The position numbers were made by a program, and so were the translations under genes. Of a stretch of 64,000 nucleotides of DNA, positions 8,500-18,324 are shown in pieces (position 1 is the first letter of the stretch; the number at the start of each line of letters is the position of its first letter). The DNA comes from Candidatus Hydrogenedentota bacterium (GTDB taxonomy: Bacteria > Hydrogenedentota > Hydrogenedentia > Hydrogenedentales > SLHB01): positions 173,325 to 237,324 of the forward strand of contig CAXXYE010000002.1 of the NCBI GenBank assembly GCA_963674865.2, given 5' to 3'. The notes under the pieces were generated by a model, which saw only the letters and a list, made by a program, of their open reading frames with translations, was not told the origin of the DNA and did not search any database.

Positions 8500-10832
8500 G
8501 CTTGAAGGCCAATACAGGCCGCCAGACTGTCATCGATGCTATCAGGGCATCGATGGTGGCGGCGCTGTGCGTACCCGAAGGCGTGGCAGAGCCCGTGGCG
8601 TTGCTGTGGACGGATGCAGATGGCCAATGGCGCCCTCTTATTCAGGCCCTCCAAGTGGCGCTGCCGCAGCTCTATGTCCTGGGAGAATATAGCCCGGACA
8701 CCCGAACCGGACCTGTGATATGGCTTCGCTGCATCGTGGATCGCGCTTTGCCGGACATGGCGCCGCCGGAAGGCGTGACGCCCATACTGTATCTACCCAA
8801 TGTGAGTCGGCAACAACTGCGTGCCGGTGGGGACTGTCCGAAACATCTCCAGCCGCTTATCGAGCTCCAGTTCCGTGGGGCCGTGTGGCATCAACGCAAC
8901 GGGCGGGACTGGACCGTCGAGGCGTTCCTGACCTCTATCGACACGCTTGATCTCGACATGGCAACGGATGCCCGCACGAGAGAAGCCATGATGCGGGCGT
9001 TACCGCTCTTAGCCACCGAGCCCATTGGAGCGCTGTATGGCCGGCGCCTCGAAGCCGAGGACTTCGACCGGTTGGCCGTGGGTGATCCTATTCGGGACGT
9101 CCTCACGTGGATGAGCGATGACGAGGGATTCCGGGGTCGGTGTGATGGGGCACGCTGGGAGACTTTCCGAAGCGTGTGTGGTCGCGATTTTGACTTTGAT
9201 CCTGACAAATCCGGATCAACCCAGGCCGGGGAGCTTCTGCTCGAAGGGCACGGAAACTGGGAAAAAGTATGGCAGCGGTTTTGTGAAGCGCCCCAGGTAT
9301 ATCCTGGCATCGCCAAGGTGTTGCGCGATACGACACCGCCCGATTTGCTTAGCGATCCTGCACGCCAGCCCAAGCGAAACGCCGATGAGGAGGAGAACCT
9401 CCGTTCAGCCCTGGAGAAGGTTGTGAATCTGCCTCACACGGAGGCCTGTGGGCGTGTCCTCGAACTGGAGAACGAGCATGGACCACGCCGGCAATGGGTG
9501 TGGGCCCAACTCGGCGAGAGCCCATTGGCCCAACTGCTGGAGCCGTTGTCACGCGTCGCGAGTCTGGCTCAGAAGCCCCTCGGCGGAGCTACCGTAGAGG
9601 CGATCACGAACGCCTATGCCTCCGAAGGATGGCGATGCGATGCTGCCGCAATGGAGGCCTTGGCTCTGACCAACTCTGGCACAGATACGACGCTGGTCCG
9701 TGGCGTCTTGAACGCCATGTACAAGCCTTGGCTGGAAGAATCGGCGAGGCATTTCCAGGACGTGGCGGCAAAACACCCCGAAGAACTCCGTAAAGGCGCT
9801 ATGGGCGTCCTGCCACAGGCCGAGACGTGCATCGTGTTCGCCGATGGCCTTCGGTTCGACGTGGCCGGACGTCTCGAGGAACTGCTCGAATCACGGGGCT
9901 ATCGAGTGCGCCTTTCCCATCGACTGGCGCCGGTACCTTCCGTGACGGCTACTGCTAAGCCCGTGGCCTCGCCGGCGCACATGGCCTGTGAGGAGACGGC
10001 CGAATATGGCGATGACCTAACGCCCGCTATCGGGGAACTGCACAAGGCTTCGAATGCGCAACGCCTGCGCGATGAGATGGCCCGACAGGGCGTTGAAGTG
10101 ATGGAAGAGGGCGAATTCGTGATCCCGTCGGGCTCGCAGGGCGGATGGACGGAGATCGGCCACCTGGATTCGTTGGGCCACAAGCTCAATGCCGGCTTGG
10201 CGAAACAGATCGCAACAGAGGTTGAGGAGATCGCCGAGCGGGTTGCCGGGCTGCTTTCTGGCGGATGGATGAAGGTGCGGATCCTGACCGACCATGGCTG
10301 GCTTCTCCTTCCCGGAGGCCTACCCAAGGTGGAGTTGCCAACGTATCTCACCGAGACAAAATGGTCACGATGCGCCGTCGCTCAGGGCGAAACGCCGAAG
10401 GGGTTCCCGGTCTTCCCGTGGCACTGGAATCCGCACGTGCAAATCGTGTCGCCACCTGGGATTGGCAGTTTCTTTGCCGGCAAGGAATACGGCCATGGGG
10501 GCATCAGCCCGCAGGAATGCGTAGTGCCGGACATGGTCGTGGAGCGCGGGACAGAAGCTGTTAAGGCGAAGATCGCCACCGTTCGGTGGCGTGGCATGCG
10601 GTGCCGAGTGACGGTCGAAACTAATGCGCCTGGCGTGCAGGTGGACCTCCGGCTGCATCCGCGGAAGGAAGACTCAAGCATAGTAGCGTCGGTCAAGGAA
10701 GTAGATGAGAGCGGCGAGGCCAGCCTGGCGGTCGCCGACGACAGTCATGAAGGCGCTGCGGCCATCGTCGTGCTGTTGGATGGCGCAGGCCATGTCCTAG
10801 ACCAGAAACCGACTCAGGTTGGAGAAGAATAA
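8496..10832 (+). CDS. pglZ: BREX PglZ alkaline-phosphatase-superfamily protein (type B-like)
   Basis: FADGLRFD, PSVTATAK, DSLGH, TDHG and YGHGGISPQE metal-binding motifs. Confidence 0.9.
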   Translation: MSLKANTGRQTVIDAIRASMVAALCVPEGVAEPVALLWTDADGQWRPLIQALQVALPQLYVLGEYSPDTRTGPVIWLRCIVDRALPDMAPPEGVTPILYLPNVSRQQLRAGGDCPKHLQPLIELQFRGAVWHQRNGRDWTVEAFLTSIDTLDLDMATDARTREAMMRALPLLATEPIGALYGRRLEAEDFDRLAVGDPIRDVLTWMSDDEGFRGRCDGARWETFRSVCGRDFDFDPDKSGSTQAGELLLEGHGNWEKVWQRFCEAPQVYPGIAKVLRDTTPPDLLSDPARQPKRNADEEENLRSALEKVVNLPHTEACGRVLELENEHGPRRQWVWAQLGESPLAQLLEPLSRVASLAQKPLGGATVEAITNAYASEGWRCDAAAMEALALTNSGTDTTLVRGVLNAMYKPWLEESARHFQDVAAKHPEELRKGAMGVLPQAETCIVFADGLRFDVAGRLEELLESRGYRVRLSHRLAPVPSVTATAKPVASPAHMACEETAEYGDDLTPAIGELHKASNAQRLRDEMARQGVEVMEEGEFVIPSGSQGGWTEIGHLDSLGHKLNAGLAKQIATEVEEIAERVAGLLSGGWMKVRILTDHGWLLLPGGLPKVELPTYLTETKWSRCAVAQGETPKGFPVFPWHWNPHVQIVSPPGIGSFFAGKEYGHGGISPQECVVPDMVVERGTEAVKAKIATVRWRGMRCRVTVETNAPGVQVDLRLHPRKEDSSIVASVKEVDESGEASLAVADDSHEGAAAIVVLLDGAGHVLDQKPTQVGEE

Positions 10833-12886
10833 TGGCAATCGAACTTGATCACCTCGACAAACTGGCGGCATCCGCTTTTGACGGTTACCTGGTCCGCAAG
10901 GATCTGGTGCGGAAGTATTCGCGGCAGTATCCTGTGCCGACCTATGTGGTGGAATTCCTCCTGGGCCGTTACTGCGCCACTGTGGATGAGGAGGAGATCC
11001 TAGAGGGCATCGGAATCGTCGAGAAGCAGCTCAAGGATCGTACCGTCCGGACAGGCGAGGAAGAGCTGTTCAAGGCCCGCGCCAAAGAGCAGGGCTCTGT
11101 GCGGCTCATCGACATCGTGAAGGCTCGGCTAGATGCAAAGAATGACTGCTACGTCGCGGAACTGCCAAGCCTCGCGCTGAGAGATGTTCGTGTTGCCGAC
11201 GACATGGTGCGAGACAACGAGCGGATGCTGACGGACGGCTTCTATGCCGAGGTTGAGCTGGATTATGACGCGATCATTGCGCAGCAGAATGCGGGCCGGC
11301 CTTTTGGCATCCGTGGCCTGCGGCCCATCCAGCTTTCCAAAGCCGACGCGGTCGACATCTTTGCCGAGGGGCGCCAGGCATTCACGACGCAGGAATGGAT
11401 CGAGTTTCTGCTTCGTTCGATAGGCCTCGAACCGGAAGCATTCGACGAGCGTGCAAGACGAGTGGCGCTGCTTCGGATGGTGCCGTTCGTCGAGCGAAAC
11501 TACAACTTCGTGGAACTCGGCCCCAGGGGAACTGGGAAAAGCCATCTTTTCCAGCAGATTTCCCCGTACGCGCACCTGATCTCTGGCGGTAAGGCCACCG
11601 TGGCGAAGATGTTCGTCAATATGGCCAATGGCCAGCGGGGTCTCGTGTGCCAGTACGACGTGGTCTGCTTCGACGAGGTCGCCGGGATTTCCTTCGATCA
11701 GAAGGACGGCGTCAACATTATGAAGGGCTACATGGCCTCAGGGCAGTTCAGCCGCGGCAAGGACAATATCCGGGCCGATGGATGCATCGTCATGGTCGGC
11801 AACTTCGATGTGGATGTTGAGCAACAACAGAAGGTCGGGCATTTGCTGAGTCCGATGCCCAAGGAAATGAGGGACGATACCGCATTCATGGACCGCATCC
11901 ACGGTTTCGCGCCCGGTTGGGACTTCCCGAAAGTCAGCCCGGACGAACATCTCACGGACCATTTCGGGCTTGTGAGTGATTTCCTGAGCGAGTGTTGGAG
12001 CCGCCTTCGGACGGGGAATCGTCTGCCGGCGCTTCAGGGACGCGTGTACCTCGGCGGAGCGCTCAGCGGTCGTGACATTGAGGCGACGAACAAGACGCTG
12101 AACGGCCTCATGAAGCTGCTATTCCCGGATCCCAGTATGCCCATTTCCGATGAGGACATCGAATGGATGGCGCGTTTGGCCCTCGAGTCGCGTCGGCGCG
12201 TGAAGGAACAGCAGAAACGGGTCTTCAAGAGCGAGTTCCGCAATACGCACTTCAGTTACACGCTCGGGCCGGACGGAGTCGAGCAGTTCGTCTCAACCCC
12301 CGAGCTCCACAGCGATGAAGCCATTGAGAGTGATCCGCTGCCTCCCGGGCAGGTTTGGGCGGTCAGTCCGGGTTCTCCAGAGGCGGGGCCGGGTCTGTAT
12401 CGCATCGAGGTGACGTGTGGACCAGGCGGCGGAGTGAAGATCCTGAATCAGCCCACGCCACCGTCGTTCCGCGAGAGTGTCAAAGTCGGCGAGCAGAATC
12501 TCTATACGCGGTCAAAGGAGCTTGTGGGCGACCGGAATCCGCGGGAAGAGGAGTTTTCCATCCAGATGCGCCCCATGGATGCCGACAAGTCCGGCGTCGG
12601 GTTGGGACTCCCGGTACTTGTCGCCTTCTGCGGCTCCCTGCTCGGCCGCAACACCTGCGGCGGAACCATCGTGGTGGGTGCGCTCAACCTCGGCGGGTCA
12701 ATTGAGATGTTGCCCAATGCCGTCAGCATCGCCGAACTTGCCGTTGATAAGAAGGCGCAAACGCTGCTGATGCCCGTCTCGGCGCGCCGGCAACTCAACG
12801 ATCTTCCCGACGACCTGTGGACCAAGATCAGCATCGAGTTCTACAAAGACTCCGCAGACGCGGTGTTCAAAGCGCTGGAGGACTGA
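10832..12886 (+). CDS. brxL: BREX Lon-related AAA+ protein BrxL
   Basis: VPTYVVEFLLGRYC, Walker A GPRGTGKS, Walker B VCFDEV; the C-terminal Lon-like domain has a degenerate protease motif. Confidence 0.9.
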   Translation: MAIELDHLDKLAASAFDGYLVRKDLVRKYSRQYPVPTYVVEFLLGRYCATVDEEEILEGIGIVEKQLKDRTVRTGEEELFKARAKEQGSVRLIDIVKARLDAKNDCYVAELPSLALRDVRVADDMVRDNERMLTDGFYAEVELDYDAIIAQQNAGRPFGIRGLRPIQLSKADAVDIFAEGRQAFTTQEWIEFLLRSIGLEPEAFDERARRVALLRMVPFVERNYNFVELGPRGTGKSHLFQQISPYAHLISGGKATVAKMFVNMANGQRGLVCQYDVVCFDEVAGISFDQKDGVNIMKGYMASGQFSRGKDNIRADGCIVMVGNFDVDVEQQQKVGHLLSPMPKEMRDDTAFMDRIHGFAPGWDFPKVSPDEHLTDHFGLVSDFLSECWSRLRTGNRLPALQGRVYLGGALSGRDIEATNKTLNGLMKLLFPDPSMPISDEDIEWMARLALESRRRVKEQQKRVFKSEFRNTHFSYTLGPDGVEQFVSTPELHSDEAIESDPLPPGQVWAVSPGSPEAGPGLYRIEVTCGPGGGVKILNQPTPPSFRESVKVGEQNLYTRSKELVGDRNPREEEFSIQMRPMDADKSGVGLGLPVLVAFCGSLLGRNTCGGTIVVGALNLGGSIEMLPNAVSIAELAVDKKAQTLLMPVSARRQLNDLPDDLWTKISIEFYKDSADAVFKALED

Positions 12887-13178
12887 GCCTGCACGACCCC
12901 AGCCATCTACAAAAGCCGCAAGCCAGGGAGATGATTGCGAGCTTCGAGACTGAGGGCACTTCAACGACCGACCCGCGAAACAAGTGAGTAAGGAGGGTCA
13001 GCCCCGTGACGAGTCTGTCGACTCCTCTGGTAAAGAGTTCTGGGCCAACTCCCTGTAGCTGCCTGGGCGCTCTTCCTTTTCCATGCGGGGTGACACATGT
13101 CACGCCCAACTGAGAACAATTGCAGGGCACTTGAGTGGCGGTTTCTTCCAACAGCTGGTCTGAAGAAAGGTAAGGGTC

Positions 13179-14099
13179 ATGGAACTGGCCTCTGAAGAAG
13201 AGTTGGTGGCAGCGCGGGATGAGTTACTTAATGCGGCCTTCAGCATTCTTGGTTTGCTTAGCAACATCGAGGAAACTCTCGAATGGAGAAAGTCATTTCC
13301 GAGACCGGCACATGGCAAGGACCTTCTTGAGGAGATCAAGGACTATATGGAGAAGATTCACCTTAGCTTCAGCGCCAGAAGAGTGGGCTGTCACCTGGAT
13401 AAGGTTATTCCTACGCTTGAAGTCGCAAACGCCGAGCGAGGTCTCTTGGACAAAGCGATAAACTTGGACGAGTACTTCTACCAGTCCGATGACTCCGAAC
13501 ACACCAATCTGCCTGTTTTGACTCTGTGTACGACCTCTCATGAAGAGACTTTTCAGCGTGTCTTTTCTTTGCTCCTATCGTTAAACGGCGATATAGCCCG
13601 AATTGCGGATGATATTCCCAAAGGTGACGCCCGTTACAGCAACATAGTGATTGAGCGAGTCTCTTCCGCGCTAGAGAGGATCAGAAGAGTGATGCCCGCT
13701 TACAAATCTCACGAGCTTGGTAGGAATGTCCGTGCGGAATGCGCTAGGGCACTAGCGTATGTTCGGGCGCAAGACAGGTCACAGAACCGTGGCAAGCCCC
13801 AAGTCCGACCAGACATTATCCAAACCGGTAGGTACGACGGCGATGTGGCAAAACGCACGGCACAGCCTCGGGTCACCAGTAAGCGTGCAGCAAATAGGAC
13901 GTGCGGCCGCCCGAAACACTACGACGCGAAGAAAGACAAGGAAATCCACGACAAATGGCTCGCTTGGAACGGTCACACCGCCCTCGGGAAGAACCGAAAG
14001 CTCATCAAGGATTTTGCCCCCACGATTAGGCTAAAGCCCAAGCAGGTCAGGAACGCGATTAACCGATATTCACACGTCCTTCGACGCCTAGAGCCTTAG
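13179..14099 (+). CDS. Hypothetical protein with basic, possibly HTH-like C-terminus
   Basis: 306-aa ORF with upstream AAGG(G); lower GC than flanks; sits just upstream of the AlpA gene. Confidence 0.5.
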   Translation: MELASEEELVAARDELLNAAFSILGLLSNIEETLEWRKSFPRPAHGKDLLEEIKDYMEKIHLSFSARRVGCHLDKVIPTLEVANAERGLLDKAINLDEYFYQSDDSEHTNLPVLTLCTTSHEETFQRVFSLLLSLNGDIARIADDIPKGDARYSNIVIERVSSALERIRRVMPAYKSHELGRNVRAECARALAYVRAQDRSQNRGKPQVRPDIIQTGRYDGDVAKRTAQPRVTSKRAANRTCGRPKHYDAKKDKEIHDKWLAWNGHTALGKNRKLIKDFAPTIRLKPKQVRNAINRYSHVLRRLEP

Positions 14100-14308
14100 C
14101 CCTTCCACCCCTGTCAATACCCTCCGGATTTATTGCGTCCAACGAGTCACCAGCTGTCCCACAGTGACAATAAGTGCGTTCCTTCCCCCGTTGGTCATAA
14201 TAACGCTTCGTCATATTCTTCGCCGGACTTTTTATTTCCAACGCACTGGGCATCATGTGGCACGTGGGTCGAACGTAGTGTTCGCCCAAAGCAACAGGAG
14301 GCCGCAGA

Positions 14309-14575
14309 ATGCCTGATAAGTCCTCAAAAAGAGTTGGTGTCGAGGAGCACACGGAATCGGCAGAGCAACAGCCCGGGAGAATGCTCGTTGATGTTAGGAG
14401 GGTGGCCTCCCTTCTGAATTGCAGCCCGCGCACGGTGTACCGGCTCTCCGATGGGGGACGCATGCCACGTCCAGTGAAACTCGGGGGGCTGGTGCGTTGG
14501 CGCCGGGACGAGATTGCGTCCTGGATCTGTGCCGGTTGCCCAGCGATCCGGTCCCGGAAAGGGGGTGCCCAATGA
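14309..14575 (+). CDS. AlpA-family HTH regulator / excisionase
   Basis: VDVRRVASLLNCSPRTVYRL...MPRPVKLGGLVRWRRDEI..WI; RBS GGAGG upstream. Confidence 0.85.
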   Translation: MPDKSSKRVGVEEHTESAEQQPGRMLVDVRRVASLLNCSPRTVYRLSDGGRMPRPVKLGGLVRWRRDEIASWICAGCPAIRSRKGGAQ

Positions 14576-14988
14576 GCGCCTCCGCAGGCGCGTGCGCGGC
14601 CCCCGGCCGCCGGGACACCGTTACCGGCTACGACTACCGTTATGACGCGCCGCTCCCGCCAAGCCAAGCCATCCGGGCGCATTGCCTGGAGTGTGTCGGG
14701 GGAGAACTGGCTGAGGTACTCAGGTGTACGGCCACAAACGAGGAATGCCCCCTGTGGCGCTATCGTTCCGGCCGCGGGAAAGACACCTCGCGGCCTTCCA
14801 ACGGGCTGACCCGCCTGCAGGCCATCCGCCAGGAATGCCTGCGCTGTATGGGCGGGAACAAGCAGTTCGTCCGGGAATGCGCGAGCAGCCATTGCCACCT
14901 GTGGCCGTACCGGTTCGGGTGCCGGCCCAAAGACCATCCGGTGTTGTCGGTGCGCTCGGGGGGGAGATCGGCAAAACCTGCGCGCTAG
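14572..14988 (+). CDS. Cys-rich protein with two tandem putative metal-binding repeats
   Basis: ATGA overlap with alpA; repeats AIRAHCLECVGG..V..C....ECPLWRYR and AIRQECLRCMGG..V..C...HCHLWPYR. Confidence 0.7.
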   Translation: MSASAGACAAPGRRDTVTGYDYRYDAPLPPSQAIRAHCLECVGGELAEVLRCTATNEECPLWRYRSGRGKDTSRPSNGLTRLQAIRQECLRCMGGNKQFVRECASSHCHLWPYRFGCRPKDHPVLSVRSGGRSAKPAR

Positions 14989-15087
14989 TTCCTGAAGATC
15001 CAAACACAGCAAAGAGTCTACAAAGCATCTCAGGGCAGTTGGTGTGTGGCCATGCGGGCCCGGGTGCAAATCGTGGGAGAACGACAC

Positions 15088-15642
15088 ATGAAGAAATCGT
15101 TCAGGCAGATACTCGAGGGGAAACACCTGGAGGACCTCACGTCCGCGTGGGCGTCCACCGAGGCGAGCGAGGAGTTTGAGCCCCTGCCGCCGGGTGAGTA
15201 TCTGGCGCGTATCGTTTCCGGGGGTTTGTTCGAGGCCCAGACCGGCACGCGCGGATACAAACTCACGTTCCGCATTCTCGAAGGGGAACATGAAGGCCGC
15301 CAGGTGTGGCACGACATCTGGCTGACGCCCCCGGCGATGGGCATGGCCAAACGGGACCTGGGCAAACTCGGCATCACCGACCCGGCCCAGCTCAACGAGC
15401 CGCTCAAACCCGGTTTCCGCTGCAAGGTGAAGGTCGTGCTGCGGCGCGAGGATGACGGCACCGAGTACAACCGGGTTCGCCGGTTCGAGGTAGTCGGTAT
15501 CGATGACGTAGCGGATGACCTGTTTCCCCCCAAGCCGATGACGGACGACCCGGACGAAACCGAGGCCAGTCACGCACCGACCGAGCCGACCGAACCCTCG
15601 TTGCCGGGGGTTGTGTCCGAGGTGGCCCATGGTATCGCGTGA
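15088..15642 (+). CDS. DUF669-like protein (putative phage-type ssDNA-binding protein)
   Basis: FEPLPPGEY.ARI...KLTFRILEGEHEGRQVW...YNRV, acidic tail; located before the primase. Confidence 0.7.
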   Translation: MKKSFRQILEGKHLEDLTSAWASTEASEEFEPLPPGEYLARIVSGGLFEAQTGTRGYKLTFRILEGEHEGRQVWHDIWLTPPAMGMAKRDLGKLGITDPAQLNEPLKPGFRCKVKVVLRREDDGTEYNRVRRFEVVGIDDVADDLFPPKPMTDDPDETEASHAPTEPTEPSLPGVVSEVAHGIA

Positions 15643-16621
15643 ATATCCCTACGGGTTCCGCATTTGCGGCCCCTGCAGCGGCGAGCGGCGTCTTACAGAC
15701 GCCGCCGCCGTGTTTGCGGCATACAGCGCCTGTGACGAACGGTTGGACCTGGCCGCAGAGGCCTATCTATCGGCCTACCAGTACCCGGGGGTGTTTGCCC
15801 AGCACCTCCGGGGCACAGGCAGTACCAAAGGGTATAGCGGCCCCTGCTGGGCCCCGTGGGTCTGGGTAGATATTGATGTGCCCGGGGATCTGGCGGAGGC
15901 GACGGACCAGGCCCGTCGGTACTGCGCAACGACGGTCCAGAACGCGGACAGTCTCGGAGACGATGACGTGCTCGTGTTCTTCTCCGGGTCCAAGGGGTAC
16001 CACATCGGGCTCCCCACGGTCCTACTGGACGCCAAGCCCGCGGCGGATTTCCACCAAACCGCCCGGGCCTTTTGCGAACACCTGGCCTCCGAGGCCGGCG
16101 TGTCCATCGACACGGCCATCTATGACCGGGTGCGGGCGTTCCGCGCCCCCAACTCCCGGCATCCCAAGACGGGCCTGTACAAGCGCCGACTACGGCTGGA
16201 GGAAGTCATGCACCTGGCGCCGGAGGGCGTGGTGGCCCTGGCCTCCAGTCCGGGGCCTTTCGAGGTGGGGCACCGTGAAGACGTGTCCTTCTACCTGGCG
16301 CGGTGCTGGGCGGATGCCCAGGATCAGGCACGGGTCAGGGAGAAGGAGCGCGCGACGTGGAGAACCTGTTCCGCTGGTGACGGAGGTCGTCTAAGCCAAG
16401 CGACACGGGGTTTCCTTCGGGACGGCGCGGAAACGGGCGAACGCGCCCGGCGGCTGTTTGCGGCCGCGGCGGAGCTGACCGAACGGGGCTGCCCGCCGGA
16501 CCTCGTCCATAGTCTCCTCGAAGAGCCCGCCCTGGACAGCGGCCTGACCCCGAGTGAAGTCCGCCGCCAGGTGGCCTGTGGCTGCGAGCACGTCAAGGAT
16601 GATGATCGTGCCCACGTATAG
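15629..16621 (+). CDS. Archaeo-eukaryotic primase (AEP / prim-pol) family protein
   Basis: WVDID (DxD), FSGSKGYH and D.AIYDRVRAFRAPNSRH motifs. Confidence 0.8.
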   Translation: MVSREYPYGFRICGPCSGERRLTDAAAVFAAYSACDERLDLAAEAYLSAYQYPGVFAQHLRGTGSTKGYSGPCWAPWVWVDIDVPGDLAEATDQARRYCATTVQNADSLGDDDVLVFFSGSKGYHIGLPTVLLDAKPAADFHQTARAFCEHLASEAGVSIDTAIYDRVRAFRAPNSRHPKTGLYKRRLRLEEVMHLAPEGVVALASSPGPFEVGHREDVSFYLARCWADAQDQARVREKERATWRTCSAGDGGRLSQATRGFLRDGAETGERARRLFAAAAELTERGCPPDLVHSLLEEPALDSGLTPSEVRRQVACGCEHVKDDDRAHV

Positions 16622-17441
16622 GGTGGCCGAAGACGTCCTGGACACGTTGCGGGAGAACCTCCTCTCCGGGAAGACGCCCGTCCGCTACCCCGTTGGGAAG
16701 GATGAGCTGGCACGGATCGAACTCGGTCCTGGCCTGGTCGTTCTGGTAGGTGGCGCGCCGGGTGCCGGTAAGACGGCCTTCACGATGCAATGCGTCACGG
16801 ATGCGCTCCGGCTTACGCCGTCGTTGCGTGCCCTTGTCTGTAACGTGGAGATGTCCCCCGCGGTCTTGCTCGAACGGCAACTGGCGCGGTTGTCCGGTAT
16901 TGACCTCACAACCATTCGCCGCCGGACCCTCGGCGAGGAGCATGCGGACCGCGTGGAGTTCGGGCTCAAGACCTTGGGGAGTGTTGCGGACCGGCTGGCC
17001 TTCCTGCGCCCTCCGTTCACGTTGGAGAATGTGGCGGACAGCGCGGACGCATGGCGCCCGGACCTGATTCTACTGGACTACATCCAGCGGCTCGTACCGC
17101 CCGGCCAGCATGACAGCCGGCGCGGCTCCGTGGACGCGACGATGAATCATCTTCGCGAATTCGCTGACGCGGACACGGCCATGCTGGTGGTATCTGCCGT
17201 GGGCAGGTCCCGGGACCAGTACGGCCGGAACACGTACAAGGGCGAGGGCCTGAACCTGGCCAGCTTTCGCGAGTCCAGCGAGTTGGAGTTCGGGGCGGAT
17301 TCCGCGTGGATACTTGTCCCGGGTGAAGACCCTGAAGAGGCAGGCGTCACGCTGAAACACCTCAAGGACCGGTACGGTGAGATGCGGGACATACGGCTAC
17401 AGTTCGACCGACGGCGCCAGGCCTTTTGCCCAGAGACTTAG
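16599..17441 (+). CDS. DnaB-like (SF4) helicase, C-terminal domain only
   Basis: Walker A GGAPGAGKT, NVEM, LLDYIQ, FRESSELE, KDRYG. Confidence 0.85.
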   Translation: MMIVPTYRVAEDVLDTLRENLLSGKTPVRYPVGKDELARIELGPGLVVLVGGAPGAGKTAFTMQCVTDALRLTPSLRALVCNVEMSPAVLLERQLARLSGIDLTTIRRRTLGEEHADRVEFGLKTLGSVADRLAFLRPPFTLENVADSADAWRPDLILLDYIQRLVPPGQHDSRRGSVDATMNHLREFADADTAMLVVSAVGRSRDQYGRNTYKGEGLNLASFRESSELEFGADSAWILVPGEDPEEAGVTLKHLKDRYGEMRDIRLQFDRRRQAFCPET

Positions 17442-17465
17442 AAAGCAAGAACAAGGATGGCGTGA

Positions 17466-17834
17466 ATGAAGACTGATAGGGTCCTGAAAGGGTGTGAAGT
17501 GCTTCCTCCCATGGAGGAGACCGAGACTGCAGCATCGCCGAAGAAGAGGTCCAGGAAGGGCCGACGCTTCCGCGTGCTGAACGATTTTGTGGACTACACC
17601 CTGGCACGGGTGCCGCGTACCGATGCCGCCGTGTGGCTGGTGCTCTACCGCGATGCACGGAATGGTCTGGCGCGGACGGCCCAGGCGGACCTTGCCCGGC
17701 GCGCCGGTGTTTGCCGGCGGACCGTGGTGCGGTCGATCAAGCGGCTCAGGGACTCAGGATTGCTTGAGCTGGTTCGGCGCGGCGGACTGAACCGCGGGCC
17801 TTCAGTGTACCGGGTACGGGCCGTAGGGCCGTAG
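17466..17834 (+). CDS. Winged-HTH DNA-binding protein (replication-initiator-like)
   Basis: AAVWLVLYR...AQADLARRAGVCRRTVVRSIKRLRDSGLL. Confidence 0.7.
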   Translation: MKTDRVLKGCEVLPPMEETETAASPKKRSRKGRRFRVLNDFVDYTLARVPRTDAAVWLVLYRDARNGLARTAQADLARRAGVCRRTVVRSIKRLRDSGLLELVRRGGLNRGPSVYRVRAVGP

Positions 17835-18030
17835 GGCCGTAGGACCCGGCGGATTTCAGGTGAGGGGCGGCAGCAGGGAAGGTCCTAAATTGTCGCTGTA
17901 CCCCCGAAAAGCGCCTCGAGAGTCGACGAACGGCCCGTCCGGAGGGTCATGGTAGCCCTAAAGGGAGAAAAGCGTTTCTTGGGTCCCGAAATGCAGGTTT
18001 TTGTGCATGGCAAAGCAAGCTACCTCAGCA

Positions 18031-18098
18031 GGTGCCACGTAATGGCACAGGCACGTGTGACAACCAGGGTCGTTTAACGGTGCCATTAGATGGCACAG
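18031..18098. promoter_or_regulatory. Two palindromic boxes GGTGCCA-N5-TGGCACAG upstream of the integrase
   Basis: ggtgccacgtaatggcacag (18031-18050) and ggtgccattagatggcacag (18079-18098). Confidence 0.5.
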
Positions 18099-18324
18099 AT
18101 CCCATAAAGGGAATGGGTGCCGTGTGCATAACACGGGACACAGACACAAAGAATGGGGTATAGGATCACTTGAAAAAATGATGACGGAAAGCCGGGATAG
18201 GGTAATGGACATCTCAGACGTATTGATGAAGACGATACGACCCGAGCTGTCTTTTGGCGGGGTCATGGGGATATGATGATGAGGCAACGGGGATAAGCGC
18301 TCTAAGCGTGAAGAATGCAGAGAG

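Noticed and set aside
12350..12886. BrxL as an active Lon protease
   Set aside because: The canonical Lon Ser-Lys motif (GPSAG...K) is not recognisable, so protease activity is not claimed.
14059..15630. 523-aa minus-strand ORF
   Set aside because: Antisense shadow of alpA, the Cys-rich gene and DUF669, which have recognisable motifs on the plus strand.
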